A stretch of DNA of 64,000 bases from Octopus sinensis. Lineage: Eukaryota. Below, piece by piece: positions 38,502 through 51,229 of this stretch. The first letter of the stretch is position 1, and every line of letters begins with the position of its first letter. The DNA is taken from NCBI RefSeq assembly GCF_006345805.1, contig NC_043001.1, positions 132,060,001-132,124,000 on the forward strand, in the 5' to 3' direction. The notes beneath the pieces were generated by a model. It did no database searches and was not told where the DNA came from. It was given only the letters and a program-made list of their open reading frames with translations. The translations under genes and the position numbers were made by a program.

Positions 38502-38577
38502 ATTAAGCTATGAAAAGAAATATTTAGAAAAGAAAAATTTGATATCAGTTTTGACGTTGGGTGCCTTTTTCTCTTAG
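38502..38577 (+). CDS. candidate second and last exon of the small ORF
   Basis: acceptor tttttttcctttgcag|A; only the phase-2 frame is open (LSYEKKYLEKKNLISVLTLGAFFS*); AATAAA at 38638-38643. Confidence 0.22.
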
Positions 38578-39936
38578 CATATTAAGCAAACATTGAGAAT
38601 ATCTTAATTTCATGGCAGTATATTCTGAAAATGTTTCAATAAAATACTTTATCTCATTAACCATATTCAAGTATTCAATTTTTATCGTAGTATAACTATT
38701 TTTAGTTTGTTTAGATTCCAGTTTATAACAAAAAGGAAAAAAAAAAATAATTCACTGATAGGCCTGAATTTAAAAATGAATTTATTGGAGACCAATTTTA
38801 TTGATATGACAAGAGTAAACAATAAAATGAAAAAAAAAAAAGAAAATGCCCAGGCCGCACTAAATTATGCTAATTGTTAAACTGCTCTGGTGAAGTTATT
38901 TAGTATGTGTAAAAAAATCAATAAAGATGCCACTAGTATTTCACTAATTGTCTATTTCAATTATTCCATCCTCTAGGGATCTTGGTACACATATTGTCAA
39001 AAGAGCATTAACTTCCATGAGTAATGAGAACCTCATGAATTTCAAGTTCAATCAAACTTGAACAATTGATAGTCTGGAGTTTACTAATTTTTTTTTTTGT
39101 TTTGTTTTTTTGTTTATGGGTGATTTTGTTTTCTTTTTTGTTGTTAGATTTTTTGTTGTTGTTGTTGTTGTTGTTGTTATTTTATTGTCCTGACAATTTA
39201 ACTGCTTGTAGTTGGTGGCCAAAGATATGCAAGAACACAAACACAAGATTTTAATATATAATAGTTTTGACCAAAATAATTGCTTTCAATGTACCCCATT
39301 AAAGTCTTTTTGATTAAAAGACATAAAAACAAAATAAGTACTTCGATACAGAAATTACAGAAAGAGTATTTGAAAGCTAGAAATGACAAAGGAACAGAAT
39401 ATAATAAAGGCAGCAAATCAAATGAACAGTAGCAGTCAGAAATAGAAACAAGATGGTACCTTCTAATGACTAGAAATGGCTTTTATATGTATTTTATGTT
39501 CAAATTTCTCAAAGTATGTTAATGCACACACCTGTCCATATGTGTCAATGTGTATCTGTGTTTGAGTGTGTGTGTGTGTGTGTGCGTGTGTGTGTGTGTG
39601 TGTGTGTATGTGTGTGTGTGTCTGAATGCATGCTAATATGTGACAAGCACAGTAGTTACATATGCATAGTTGCCACCAACAGCAAAATACATCGCTAAGA
39701 CAATAAGACAATGACTGCACAAAGACTACAATTTATTTACAAGACATCAAGTAAAAAAGGAAAAAAAATTTATCAGAGGAAAACATCAAGAATTGTTTGA
39801 AATTCTGCAAGAATTATAAATTATGAAAAAAAAAAAAAATTGGCTCAGAGTCATGCTTAGCGATGTTGCATCCATCAAACAATTTGCATCTAATGCTCTC
39901 TTTATTGTTATTTATGAAACAATCTCAGGTACATAC

Positions 39937-39983
39937 TTGAAATAATCAAGCAATGCCCATCCATTATGATATGAGGACCGTTT
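39937..39983 (-). CDS. weak candidate 47-nt internal exon
   Basis: tcttccattttcag|AAACGG...TTTCAA|gtatgt; two open frames (KRSSYHNGWALLDYF or NGPHIIMDGHCLIIS). Confidence 0.2.
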
Positions 39984-40091
39984 CTGAAAATGGAAGATTT
40001 GATAGTTTGGATAATACCACAAGGTGCAAACATATATGATAATCATTGAAACATACTTGAGTATTTGAAAAAGTCCTCTTAGTCTTCCATA

Positions 40092-40570
40092 ATTAGTTAG
40101 TTAGTTAGTTAATTTTTTGGCTCAAAAAGCAGAAAAGCAAGGCCATGTAGGGGGACATGGAGTTATGTACAGGGTGGTGTTCATGCAAAGAGTTCAGGCC
40201 ATTTCTGGTCAAGGGAGACTTTGAACCGAGCGGTCGTCGGCATCTTCACCATCTCGTCCAGCAGCTTATTCCACGGATCCGCAACCCGGACGGAGAAAGC
40301 CCCTCTCCTTCGATTGAGATGAAATCGTCGCAGATAGAGCTTTTCGGAATGACCCCGCAGCCGACGCTCTGGAGCAGGAGTGAAGAACAGCTCTTTCGAG
40401 AGGTTACACTTCCGCTTATGATGTTGTGAGAAAGAACGAGATCACCACGGTGGCGGCGTTTTTCTAGAGAATAAAGGTCGAGCGTCTTCAGCCTTTCTTC
40501 ACAAGACAAATTCTTGAGACCAAGAACCATGCAAGCTTCTGGACTCTTTCAAGATGCTGTATGTCTTTGA
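40092..40570 (-). mobile_element. CR1 LINE 3' end, same family as 17790-18250
   Basis: LKDIQHLERVQK / LSCEERLKTLDLYSLEKRRHRGDL; (TAAC)n tail. Confidence 0.9.
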
Positions 40571-41686
40571 GGATGATGCATGTTGTCATTAAGCAAAACA
40601 TAAAAAACTGGTGTAGAGCTGATAACATTACTCTGTTGGGTAAATAGTTGAAATCATCTTCTGGGCACTTCAAAAAATATATATGATTAGATGCAGCATT
40701 AGCTGTCGGTTGAGAAGTTCTCTTTGTAGCCATGTGGTTTGATGGGTTTCAGTCCCATTGTGTAGTACCTTCGATAAGGGTCTTTTATTATAGCCCTAGG
40801 TTGACTAAAGCCTAAGTAGATTTAGTTGATGGAAACAGAAATAACCCTGTTATTTGTGTGTATGTGTATGCATGTATGTGTGTGTGTGTGTGTGTCTATG
40901 TACATGTGTGCAAATGTGTGTGTATGTTTGGGGCTCCATATTTGGATATTACATACTAGTTGTAAACAAATGTCACCATTATCCAAAATGGTGTCATTCA
41001 ATTGCAATCCTCCATGGAATCATGTTCTGCCTTTGTGCTGTTCGTGCTTGAAGACTGGAAGAAATATTGCATTGCTTGGAAGCAAGTGAGAGTTGGTATC
41101 AGGCAGCACATCCAACTGCAGAAATCTGTTCCAATAGATCTGGTCTGACCCATGAAAGCAAGGAAAAAATGGATGTTGATGATGATGGTGATGATGATGG
41201 TGATGATGATGATAGATGACAATGATGATGATGACTACAACAATGACAACAACAATATAAAAAAGAAAACTGCAGACTACTTCATCAATTTCAAATTTAA
41301 AAGAGAAGATACTGGAGACATGAATACTAAAAATAATCACAGATCACTGCAAGGGGTTGTTTGAAAGCATTCCTGACCATATTACTTCTATACTGTAAGC
41401 AAAGGGTATCATTCAAAGTATTGTGCAATAGGACTTTAATATTTATCCTGAGAACAAGTTTCTTGAGTTAGCTGCTCATTTTTATTATTGTCTTCATTAT
41501 CAATGCAAAAGTACAAGATATCTGAATGTTGAAAATAAGCTCATAAACTGCAGTGTAAGTTATGATCTACATTTAGTTAAATACACATCTGGAGTTGCAA
41601 GAGAGTGGTACTGTCCAGAATTGAAACTATAACCTTCCAGATAATTAAGAGTTTATTCAAACATGGGCTGACAAAAAAAAATAATA

Positions 41687-41734
<48 letters not shown>

Positions 41735-41736
<2 letters not shown>

Positions 41737-42015
41737 CAGAATGTGGAATCTAAAAACAGAAATAATTCCTATCATAGTAGGTGCATTAGGCATGATAAAA
41801 AAATATTCAGACAAATACATAACAAAAACACCAGGACTTACAAACACATATAACATACAGAAAATTGCACTACTAGGCACTGCACACATCCTACGCAGAA
41901 CACTTTCCATACGATAACCATCAGAGCATCACAACAAATCACAGCACATACCCAAGGCACACAGAGCTGCGCTCGGTAGTGAAGTGAAAGCACGCTATAA
42001 AAATAAAACTACTGA
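41735..42015 (+). mobile_element. R4/Dong-clade LINE 3' end from a second family, in (TAA)n
   Basis: 41735-41917 reads TRMWNLKTEIIPIIVGALGMIKKYSDKYITKTPGLTNTYNIQKIALLGTAHILRRTLSIR*; TAA repeats on both sides. Confidence 0.88.
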
Positions 42016-42030
42016 ATAATAATAATAATA

Positions 42031-42063
<33 letters not shown>

Positions 42064-43299
42064 ATAATAATAATCTTCACATCAAGACTATTCTTACACA
42101 CAAACACATATTCACACACATGTTTTATCCCACACATAATTTTTGTTGGAAAATTTGTCATTTATTCTTTTGCTATCAGAATCAAAATATAGACAGTAAC
42201 ATCACAAGTATACTGTATATCTTTAGTTGAAAATATAATCAATTAGAAAAGATCATGCTACAAGAATCATATACAATATGGCTTTTCTTGAAGTATATTT
42301 TTGTGAAGGGAAAATCCAAAGAGAATTTATTTAAAGTTTTCTTTCTACATAGATGTTTATTTTCACTATAGTTTTTTTTTTTCTCCATGTATTATTCCAA
42401 AATCAAAGTGTAGCACTTTGTAAGCTAGTAAATACAGCAAAGGGGATTTTAGCTTAATAAAATAAAATGGTCTTTGCAAAAGGATCTATATATGAGAAAA
42501 GAAATATACAACTGAAAGCATCAACAATGTAAAATAATCAGAAAGAAAATAAGTTTGTGGGGATCAGAAACTGTATCTGGTTCTGATACTCTCAAGTGAA
42601 AACTAAACTTTTTTTCGTTTTTTATTTCAATATGTATCACAATATATTGATTTGTTTTCATGTCTTCCACAGTGTCAAAATGTATCTTTCTCTCAAAGGA
42701 CACACAGGCAAGGATTTATGACAGCTTCTATTGACTACAGTCAATAACGTGTCTTTGTCTTTTATTGTTGTTTTTAATATTGGAATATCCTATGAATACT
42801 TTTTAATCTTCATGTAGATAAATAACTAAAAGAATGTACATATTTTCAAATCAGATCAATCTCTGTAGTAAAGTTTATTTGTTTCAATATTTTGCTTTTT
42901 AATTTTAGAATATCTTTGCTGTATCTGTCTCTACCATAGTTCAAATTAACAAAAATAATTCTTGAGGTATTTTTAAATAGAAAGAGTATGCCTAGAGATC
43001 TAGAATGATATTTATCAAAACTAATATGAATTAACAAAACAACATATGTAATTTAATATAGACGTGTTAGTGGGGTTTCATTTCATAAGTTTTTATCTAT
43101 GAGAAAAAGAAAGTATAAACTATAAGAAATTATACAAAGTAAAAGTCAATAAAATGATGGCTCATGAACAGACACAAAAATTGTGACAAAATTATCAGAA
43201 ATCTCAATTTTAGAGTAGATCAAGTATCATTTGTATATGTACAATAAATCAAATGAATGAGGAATAAAAATGCAATCATAATTATATTGAAAATATGTA

Positions 43300-43530
43300 G
43301 CAAGCAGGCAGAATTGTTAAAATGCCAGACAAAATACTTAGTAGCATTTTGTCCATCTTTACGTTCTGAGTTCAAATGCCACCAAGGTTGATTTTACCTT
43401 TCATCCTTTTGGGATCAATGAAATGAGTACCAGTCTATTACATTAACTACTAGGGTTAATGTAATAGACTAGCCCCCCTCCCCCCAAAAAATTCAGGTTT
43501 TTTGCCTATAGTAGAAAGGATTATTATTAT
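43300..43530 (+). mobile_element. short-tail SINE family D
   Basis: GTTCTGAGTTCAAAT...CCTTTCATCCTTT...GCCTATAGTAGAAAGGA(TTA)n. Confidence 0.75.
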
Positions 43531-43552
43531 CATTGTTATCATAAACCCATAG

Positions 43553-44160
43553 TTTATGTCAAACAGCTACTGTCGCATATAGGACAGATCCGGCTATCAG
43601 CGGAATCCATAGTGAGGATTGCCCTACCGATCTCCTTTAACAAGGAGGGAAAGACCGTTTTCCTGTGTCTAGTGGCTGTAGTGAAAGAGGTGGTATGGTG
43701 AACCCGTTTGAAAGGGCTAAGGTCAGACACTTTCCTCTTTGGCCAAGGCCTCATCAACTTTTTCAAGTTTCACTTGAAAAGGAAGGTGAGGGTAGAGAGG
43801 GAAGTGCTGTCTGATAGCAAGTTTACTGAAAGGTGGGCAAATGTCACTAGAATGGCCAGTATAAATGGACCAATTCTGAGGATACACCTGTAGTATAAAA
43901 GAGTATTATAAAAGGAGAAAGGGGCTCTCTACCCCACTTTTGACCAGGCTCCCATGGCTTTTATGGATTTTTCCATGAGTAACCTTTTGAAGTGCCTCCC
44001 CCTATTGGGAATTTCAATTGTTATATTTTCGTTGCTATCTCTGGAATTTTTACACGTTTTTTTGCAAACGGACAAAACCCTTTGTAACTTTCGTCCTGTG
44101 TTTTGTCCCTTTATGTTTTAATTAATTTTTGTCAGCTCTTGTGGCCAATAAACGAATTAA
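43553..44160 (+). mobile_element. L1/Tx1-like LINE 3' end
   Basis: YVKQLLSHIGQIRLSAESIV...VKEVVW*TRLKGL...FFKFHLKRKVRVEREVL...FTERW...HL* to 43893; UTR with AATAAA then (TTA)n. Confidence 0.65.
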
Positions 44161-44189
44161 TTATTATTATTATCATTATTATTATTATT

Positions 44190-44415
44190 AAGGTGTCAAG
44201 CTGGCAGAATCATTAGCATGCTGGACAAAATGCTTGGCAGCATTTCATCAATCAATATGTTCTGAGCTCAAATTCCGCTGTGGTTGACTTTGCCTTTCAT
44301 CCTTTCAAGGGTCAGGGAAATAAGTACCAGTTATGCACAGGGGTTGACGTAGTCAACTTGCACCCCCGCCCCATAATTTCAGGCCCTGTGCCTATAATAG
44401 AAAAGATTATAATTA
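44190..44415 (+). mobile_element. short-tail SINE family D
   Basis: AAGCTGGCAGAATCATTAGCATG head, GACTTTGCCTTTCATCCTTTC core. Confidence 0.8.
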
Positions 44416-45095
44416 CTAGTAGGACCTGTGAATATTTCACAGAATTAATGGTAAACTTATTGGATTATTTCTGAAAACTTTATCCAAAAAACCTGAAAGC
44501 ATGACCTGTGTTGTGTCTGTATTAAAAGATAGCCACTCATCTGCTAATCATAGAAAAGTGAGGGAAATTGGAATACAATGATTACTTAATGCACATTATA
44601 TATACACTTTATATACTTTATACACAATTTTATAGACTTGATACACAGCGGTCTCCCTCTTTCTCTCTCATTCTTTGCCTTACCCTCTGTTTCACTTTTT
44701 TTCTTTCACTCTTCACCTTTCTCTTCAACTAATCATGTGTTACAGACGGGCTAAGTAGTGGAGGAAAAGAACTTAGTTAAAAAAATTACACATTTCACTT
44801 ACCACCACCACCTCTCCCTCCACTACTCTCCTCCTCCCCATCTCTCTCATCCCCTCCTCTTCCTTTCCTCTCCCTTCCCTCCTCCCCCCCTTCAACTAAT
44901 CACATGGAAGCATTACAGATGGGCTAAGTAGGGAAGAACAAGCAGAATTAGTATAAAATTATTATTAAGACCAAGACCTGGTAGAGTTGTTAGCATACCA
45001 GACAAAATGATTAGCAGTCTTATAATGTAATTGAACAACCTCACTCCCACAAAAAGTGCTAGGCTTTGTGCCTATAATAGGAAGGATTATCATTA

Positions 45096-45153
<58 letters not shown>

Positions 45154-45476
45154 CATTATTATTATTATTATTATCATCATCATTTTGTAGAAGATGGGTC
45201 TTTGAATTCACTTGTATCACATTTCTGGAAAGAACATTGGTTGATTCTCTTCAAGTGTAGGATAAGTTAAAATCTAAAAATAAATACTTATGCTGAATGA
45301 AAATTTTCCTTGCTACCCCAAATTCAGTTTTGCTTTTGTTTTATTTTTTTATGAGTAATTCGGTGAGATTTCTGCTAATAATTGCCCCAATCTGAAGCAG
45401 AAAGAGAGTCTATTTTTCAGACAATCACACTGAGATAAGCAGTGTTATATGTCTTTTAACTATGTTATGAGTTCAT

Positions 45477-45926
45477 TTAACCCTTTAGTGTTTAACCCTT
45501 TAGTGTTCAGATTACTATTAAATGTAATACTTTTTCGCTCAAATTGTTTTGAATTAATCATACATTGTCTAATAGCTTTGAGGTTTCAATGATGTGATTG
45601 TTTATTTTTAGAATGTCAATGTAGGTTAGGTGTGAGAGGCTAGATATCACCAGTTTGAATATAAAACATGTAGAATATCTGGGCCAGATATGGCCGGTTT
45701 AAACACTAAAGGGTTAAACCGGCTATATCCGGCCCAAATATTCTACTCATTTTATGCTCAAACTGGCCAGAACCAGTATCTCACATCTACCCTGCAATGT
45801 CATTCTAAAAATAAACAGTTACATCTTTTAAATCTTGAAGCTACAAGATAATACCAGATTAATTTTTTAAAAAGTAAATGAATAAGGATTACTTCTGACA
45901 TATTAATTTGAATGCTAAAGGGTTAA
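45477..45926. mobile_element. two nested, oppositely oriented piggyBac-type MITEs
   Basis: outer TTAA at 45477-45480 and 45923-45926; inner copy bounded by a duplicated TTAA at 45492-45495 and 45714-45717. Confidence 0.88.
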
Positions 45927-47411
45927 AAGCTCATAGCATTTTTGTCTATGACCTAGCAAATATCTCTCCCAGTTTGGACACCTGAAAGTCAACAACATCA
46001 AAAATGTCAGCAGGGAAGGAATTCTAAATAATTGATGATCTAGAAATGGAAGTGATTTAAACATTAAAGGATATTGTGGTTATAATGGGTAATTCAAACT
46101 GAAAAAAAAAAAATGCTTTTATGCTTTTCCTTTGTTCATTAATAAACTCAGTGGTAAAGATTTCACTGAACTCTCAGAATTTCCTGTCATTCGAATGTGA
46201 CTTTCATTCACTCTACATAAGTTCTTCATTTTCATTCATCCAATAAATAACATTTAAATTATTCATATGTTCTTTATATTTCAGTGTATAACCTCTGAAA
46301 TATCAAAAACTAATGAATTCTTTTAATAATCAGAACAAATAGTTTTAAATAGACTTTCATGTTTTCTGGTAGAAGAATGATCTTGGTTAATATGAGGGCA
46401 AAAGGTTTAAACTCCTCCAATGTTAGATAAGGCAACTTAATAAATTCCACAAAGATAATTAATCACTTTAAAAGAAAAAGAAATTGGTCTTACTTAAATG
46501 AATTTATAATGATTTGGAAGGTGTCATGACAAGTGGCAACAAACTTGGTGTCTGACAATGCTCACCTGTTGAGTTGATAATATATTGACATTACATTAGA
46601 AATTAGAAAATCACAACTGGAACTAATAAAGATAAGAAAATGGTATGATTTCAAATTAAGAATTCTAATGAGATTATGAAGACCTTTAAATGAACATTCC
46701 TTAAATCATCACAAAAATCATTTCTATAATTTTCAATTAGATTTCCAATCATTCTTACATACATAATTTTGTAAATTTTTAATTACAGATACATATTTAT
46801 AAATTTGAACTGTTAATTGATATATCATGAAAACACTTTAGTTTTCACTGAACTCAGATAATCTAATTATACAATGTGTTGTGTGTTGTTTGTGTGTTTT
46901 AAGGAGATAGTAATATGAATTTCTTCGTTATGTAATTAGTTTTATTTATATATTCTAATTAGAACAATACTATATTTCAGCCCTTTTTCACACTTTCTAC
47001 AACACACTTCTAAGTCAAAAATAAACCTTGGAAAAAGTACCCACAATTTATATTTAATTTACATTTTATTATTATCATCAAACCAGTGGGAACATGTGTG
47101 TGAAGAACCTGCCAAATGCTACAAATAGCTTCCCCCACTCACCCACTCATATTTCACCCTTTTATAAAAAATAGGAGACCACGTTGGATAATGTAATCTT
47201 ATTAAGATGTGATGATCATACCTGGAATACTTTGATCATTCAAAGGGATGATTTGAAGTCAAGCAACAACTGATAGGCACTGGCATGAATGTGTGGTTAA
47301 AAGGTTTCACTTCACAATAACCTTGGGCAAGTATTTTCAAACACAGCATCAGGTTAATTAATGTGATAATGTGTGTGTGTGTATACACACGTGTGTATGT
47401 TTGTGTGTGTG

Positions 47412-47451
<40 letters not shown>

Positions 47452-47481
47452 CATGTGTGTGTATACACATATATGTGTGTC

Positions 47482-47690
47482 ATCATCACCATCATCGTTT
47501 AACGTCCTCCTTCCATGCTGGCATGGGTTGGGTGGTTTGACAGGAGCTGGCCAAGTGGGAGCCTGCACCATACCTCTGAGTATGTTTTGGCATGGTTTAT
47601 ATGGCTGGATGCCCTTCCTAACACCAACCTCCCTGCAGAGTGGACTGAGTGCTTTTTATGTGGTATCTGCACTGGCAAGGTCTCCGAGCA
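47482..47690 (-). mobile_element. RTE 3' UTR remnant
   Basis: (CAT)n CGTTTAACGTCC...CCATGCTGGCATGGGTTGG...GGATGCCCTTCCTAAC. Confidence 0.8.
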
Positions 47691-47973
47691 ACTTTGAGAG
47701 GTAGGAAGGTATTGGAGGAGGTGATCTTGTGTGAAATGATGAAAGAATGAAGCATATAGATATATGATACACGTATATAGATATATTGAAGCACACTACC
47801 TACACATACATACACATGTATGTACACACATACACATATACATGTATACACACTTGCATATATCTCTTTCTCCATGTGTGTGTGTGTGTGTGTGTGTGTG
47901 TAAACTTGTCACCTCCTGAACTTTAAATATTATATATATATATACATACAGATATAGATACTATTTATATCTA

Positions 47974-48008
<35 letters not shown>

Positions 48009-48053
48009 ATATATATATATATATTTATATATAAATATACATACTACATATAT

Positions 48054-48260
48054 AGTTAATCCAAACATGAACAAAGAGAAAACACAACAATGCGAGGACA
48101 TGGAACAAGTATAGTGATATTGGATACACAGGAAAGGAAAGAAAGAAGGAGGTTTTAACGTTTCAAGCGGAGCTCTTTGTCAGAAATATAGAAAAAAGGA
48201 AAAGTCCAAGGAAGGGAAGACAGAGAAAGAAAATCACCAACAATACACACGCGGTCACAT
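48054..48260 (-). mobile_element. Penelope-like terminal repeat remnant with a decayed minimal hammerhead motif (core 48151-48186)
   Basis: minus strand TTT CTGACAA A GAGC TCC GCTT GAAA CGTT AAAACC resembles CUGANGA-stem II-GAAA with a palindromic AACGTT stem III. Confidence 0.5.
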
Positions 48261-48467
48261 ATACATACAAGTATGCATACATACATGCACACACATACAT
48301 ATTCACATACATACATACACGCATATATACACATACATATATAAGTCAACAGCAGATGCTAAAATTTGTGAATTACCAAGATTTGGTCAACAACATAAAC
48401 AATACTGCCAATGGCAATATGATACGTATTGGTCTCTTTTTGAAGATTCTCTTCAAGTCTGTGAGAA

Positions 48468-48537
48468 TTATGATGCTATAGCTGCTGTACAGTCCCCCCT
48501 CACTTCTTCAACACCATGACATGCAATACAAATTAAC
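48468..48537 (-). CDS. weak candidate stop-containing exon (LICIACHGVEEVRGDCTAAIAS*)
   Basis: acceptor ttgtctcttatttcag|G; phase-2 frame gives 22 aa; possible donor TTG|gtaatt at 48376. Confidence 0.25.
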
Positions 48538-49266
48538 CTGAAATAAGAGACAATTTATTTCTTAGACAAACATATCGGTAAAAGTTTGATTTGGTTGCAA
48601 GAGTCCCCAATATCACTTTATGAGCATCACTGAATGATATCACTAATAACCAATAATTTGGAAGAAACCTGGCATTTATTTATTCCACAGAACTTCAGAA
48701 AAGAGGACAGCTGCAAGCCTGTATCTCGACAATACTGAATAAAGAAAACAACATAAATGACCTATCTAAAATTAAACACTAGATACGCAATATGAACTAC
48801 AGGTGAATGAAATACTAATGCAGCATATGATGTATAGCCCTTGCAGAAATCAAAACCCAAGTGCACTTGTATGGAAAATAGTCATTGCCAGATAGATTTT
48901 TAAGAGGAGAAAGATCTAATGCAGGGTTCGACAGATGAGGTAATTTACCTCAAGTGGGGTAAAAATGAAATTCTTGTGGGTGATGAGGACTTATTAGACA
49001 TAAGTAAAATTATAGAAAAAACGTGTTCCGTGTAATGACTGAAATTTTTCTTGTGGCATCCTACCTTTGCAAACAAGGATTTTCCACTAATGAACATAAA
49101 AACAAAGCAGAGAAATCGATTGGGCCTGGAAAACTGTATTCAAATTGCTCTGGCATCAAAATGCCCCCATTTTGATGGAACTGTAACAAAAATGAAGCAG
49201 TATCATTTCTCCAAAACCTGAAGTGAAAAAGTTTCTAGAAAAATCCTTTTGCTTCATAATGGGGAT

Positions 49267-49606
49267 ACTCTTTTACTCTTTTACTTGTTTCAGTTACCTG
49301 ATTCTTTTACTTATTTCAGTCATTTTGACTGCGGCCATGCTGGAGCACCGCCTTTAGTCGAGCAAATCGACCCCGGGACTTATTCTTTGTAAGCCCAGTA
49401 CTTATTCTATTGGTCTCTTTTGCCGAACCGCTAAGTAACGGGGATGTAAACACATCAGAATCGGTTGTCAAGCAATGCCAGGGGGACAAACACAGACACA
49501 CAAACACATACACACACATATATATATACATATATATGACAGGCTTCTTTCAGTTTCCGTCTACCAAATCCACTCACAAGGCTTTGGTCGGCCTGAAGCT
49601 ATAGCA
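49267..49606 (-). mobile_element. SINE family A, 5'-truncated
   Basis: reverse complement of the family A body and tail. Confidence 0.9.
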
Positions 49607-50509
49607 GTGATTCCAGCATTTGCTGTGACCATAAATAAGTTACAAAAGCAGTTATTCATAAATATACTACCACCTCTTGTCTTTACCTATAGATAGTTGT
49701 ATGCAGTGGTCAACAGAATTAAAAGTAATAAAAATTTGAGGTTGTACTTAGAAAGAAGTGATGACCGAGTAAATCTAACTGGAAATAGATTTTTCACATA
49801 AAAATATAATAAAAGATCTCCTTAATTAAGCATGAATATATATACAAACTATTCTATTACTCTTACTTTATTCTTAACATAAATATTAGTCTTGTGTTTC
49901 ATATATACTATGTTTTCCCTGAAGACATTAACCTGCAATGTTCAAGCAGTTTATCAGCCACATCAGTTTCACTAATGTGGAATGTGAGGGAGAATGTGGA
50001 ATGTGAAGAATAAAAAAGCCATGAGCCTGCCCCTTCACTTCCTTTGACTAAGATATAAAAACACATTAAAGAAGTTGAGTCTTCACCATTATGTCTTATT
50101 TTCAGATATAGTCTATCTAGGAGTATATGATCAAATGTTTCCTTTTCATATGATAGAGTACGACCTGCAGGAGTCAATCATCTTGCTATTCTTGCAGGAC
50201 GATTGACAATTGCATGACCCTTTCACATGTCAGAAATGAATAGTGGAGTACATAATTAGAAACATTTGCCAGAGGTTATCAGGCCACACCTGGTCAAAGC
50301 GAAAACCTGTGTGTAACATAGATAAGAATAGCTGCAAGTAAAGAGTAAAGTGGTTTGACATATATCTGTACTGGAGATCACAAAGAAGTCAAAGCGATCG
50401 AAAGAGGTATAACATGTGAACAATTTTGTTTATCTACATCACCTTGGAGATTTTGAGTGTAGTAGTGAATAGTATTAGAGAGGTTGCTGTGCATCTTTTA
50501 TTTTTTAAA

Positions 50510-50730
50510 CGTTTATCTTTTGCTTGTTTCAGTCATTGGACTGCAGCCATGCTGAAGCACTGCCTTGGTGAGTTTAGTTGAACAAATCAACCCCCAGTAC
50601 TTTTTTTTAAGCCTGTAACTTATTCTATCAGTTTCTTTGAGTGAACTGTTAAGTTACAGGAATGTAAACTAATCAACACCAGATGTCAAGCGGTAGGGGA
50701 ACAAACTAAAACACAAAGACACACGTACAT

Positions 50731-50777
<47 letters not shown>

Positions 50778-50830
50778 TGACAGGCTTTTTTTTAGATTCC
50801 ATTTACCAAATTCACTCACAAGGCTTTTTA
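50510..50830 (-). mobile_element. SINE family A, older and truncated
   Basis: reverse complement of the A tail with a (CA)n centre. Confidence 0.8.
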
Positions 50831-50849
50831 CCACATGGCCATGCCTACT

Positions 50850-51215
50850 TCTGTATGCCGGGTCTGGCAGAAGGGGCAGTGTTGTTGGCCTCTTCAGCTC
50901 CTGCAAGAGAAATGAGACTGATGCCATGAATGTTCTTCTTGAACAACGGCAAGTTAACATCTGACGAAATGATAAGAACAGGGTGGGAGTTCCTGAGAGC
51001 CAGCCCTCTGGGAAGGAAAGACATGATATAGTTTTTAATGCAGATCCTGGAAGGCTGAGACTGAACACAATGAGGGTGAAGAGAGAAACAGAGGCAAGTA
51101 AGGCAATAAAACTAGAGTGGGTGTGGACTGAATCTGGCCAGCTCCAAGAAATAAGTTCAGGGCTAGGGGAGCAGTAGAACAGGTAGAGAAAGTGGAGACA
51201 ATAGGAATGAAATTC
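50850..51215 (-). mobile_element. old CR1/Jockey-like LINE 3' end
   Basis: SLHPHCVQSQPSR...SFLPRGLALRNS...LFKKNI resembles the ORF2 terminal SFxPRTxxLWNSLP motif. Confidence 0.5.
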
Positions 51216-51229
51216 AGAAATTGGAACAT

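Noticed and set aside
46494-46565. 72-nt minus-strand segment with acceptor and donor
   Set aside because: Stops in all three frames.
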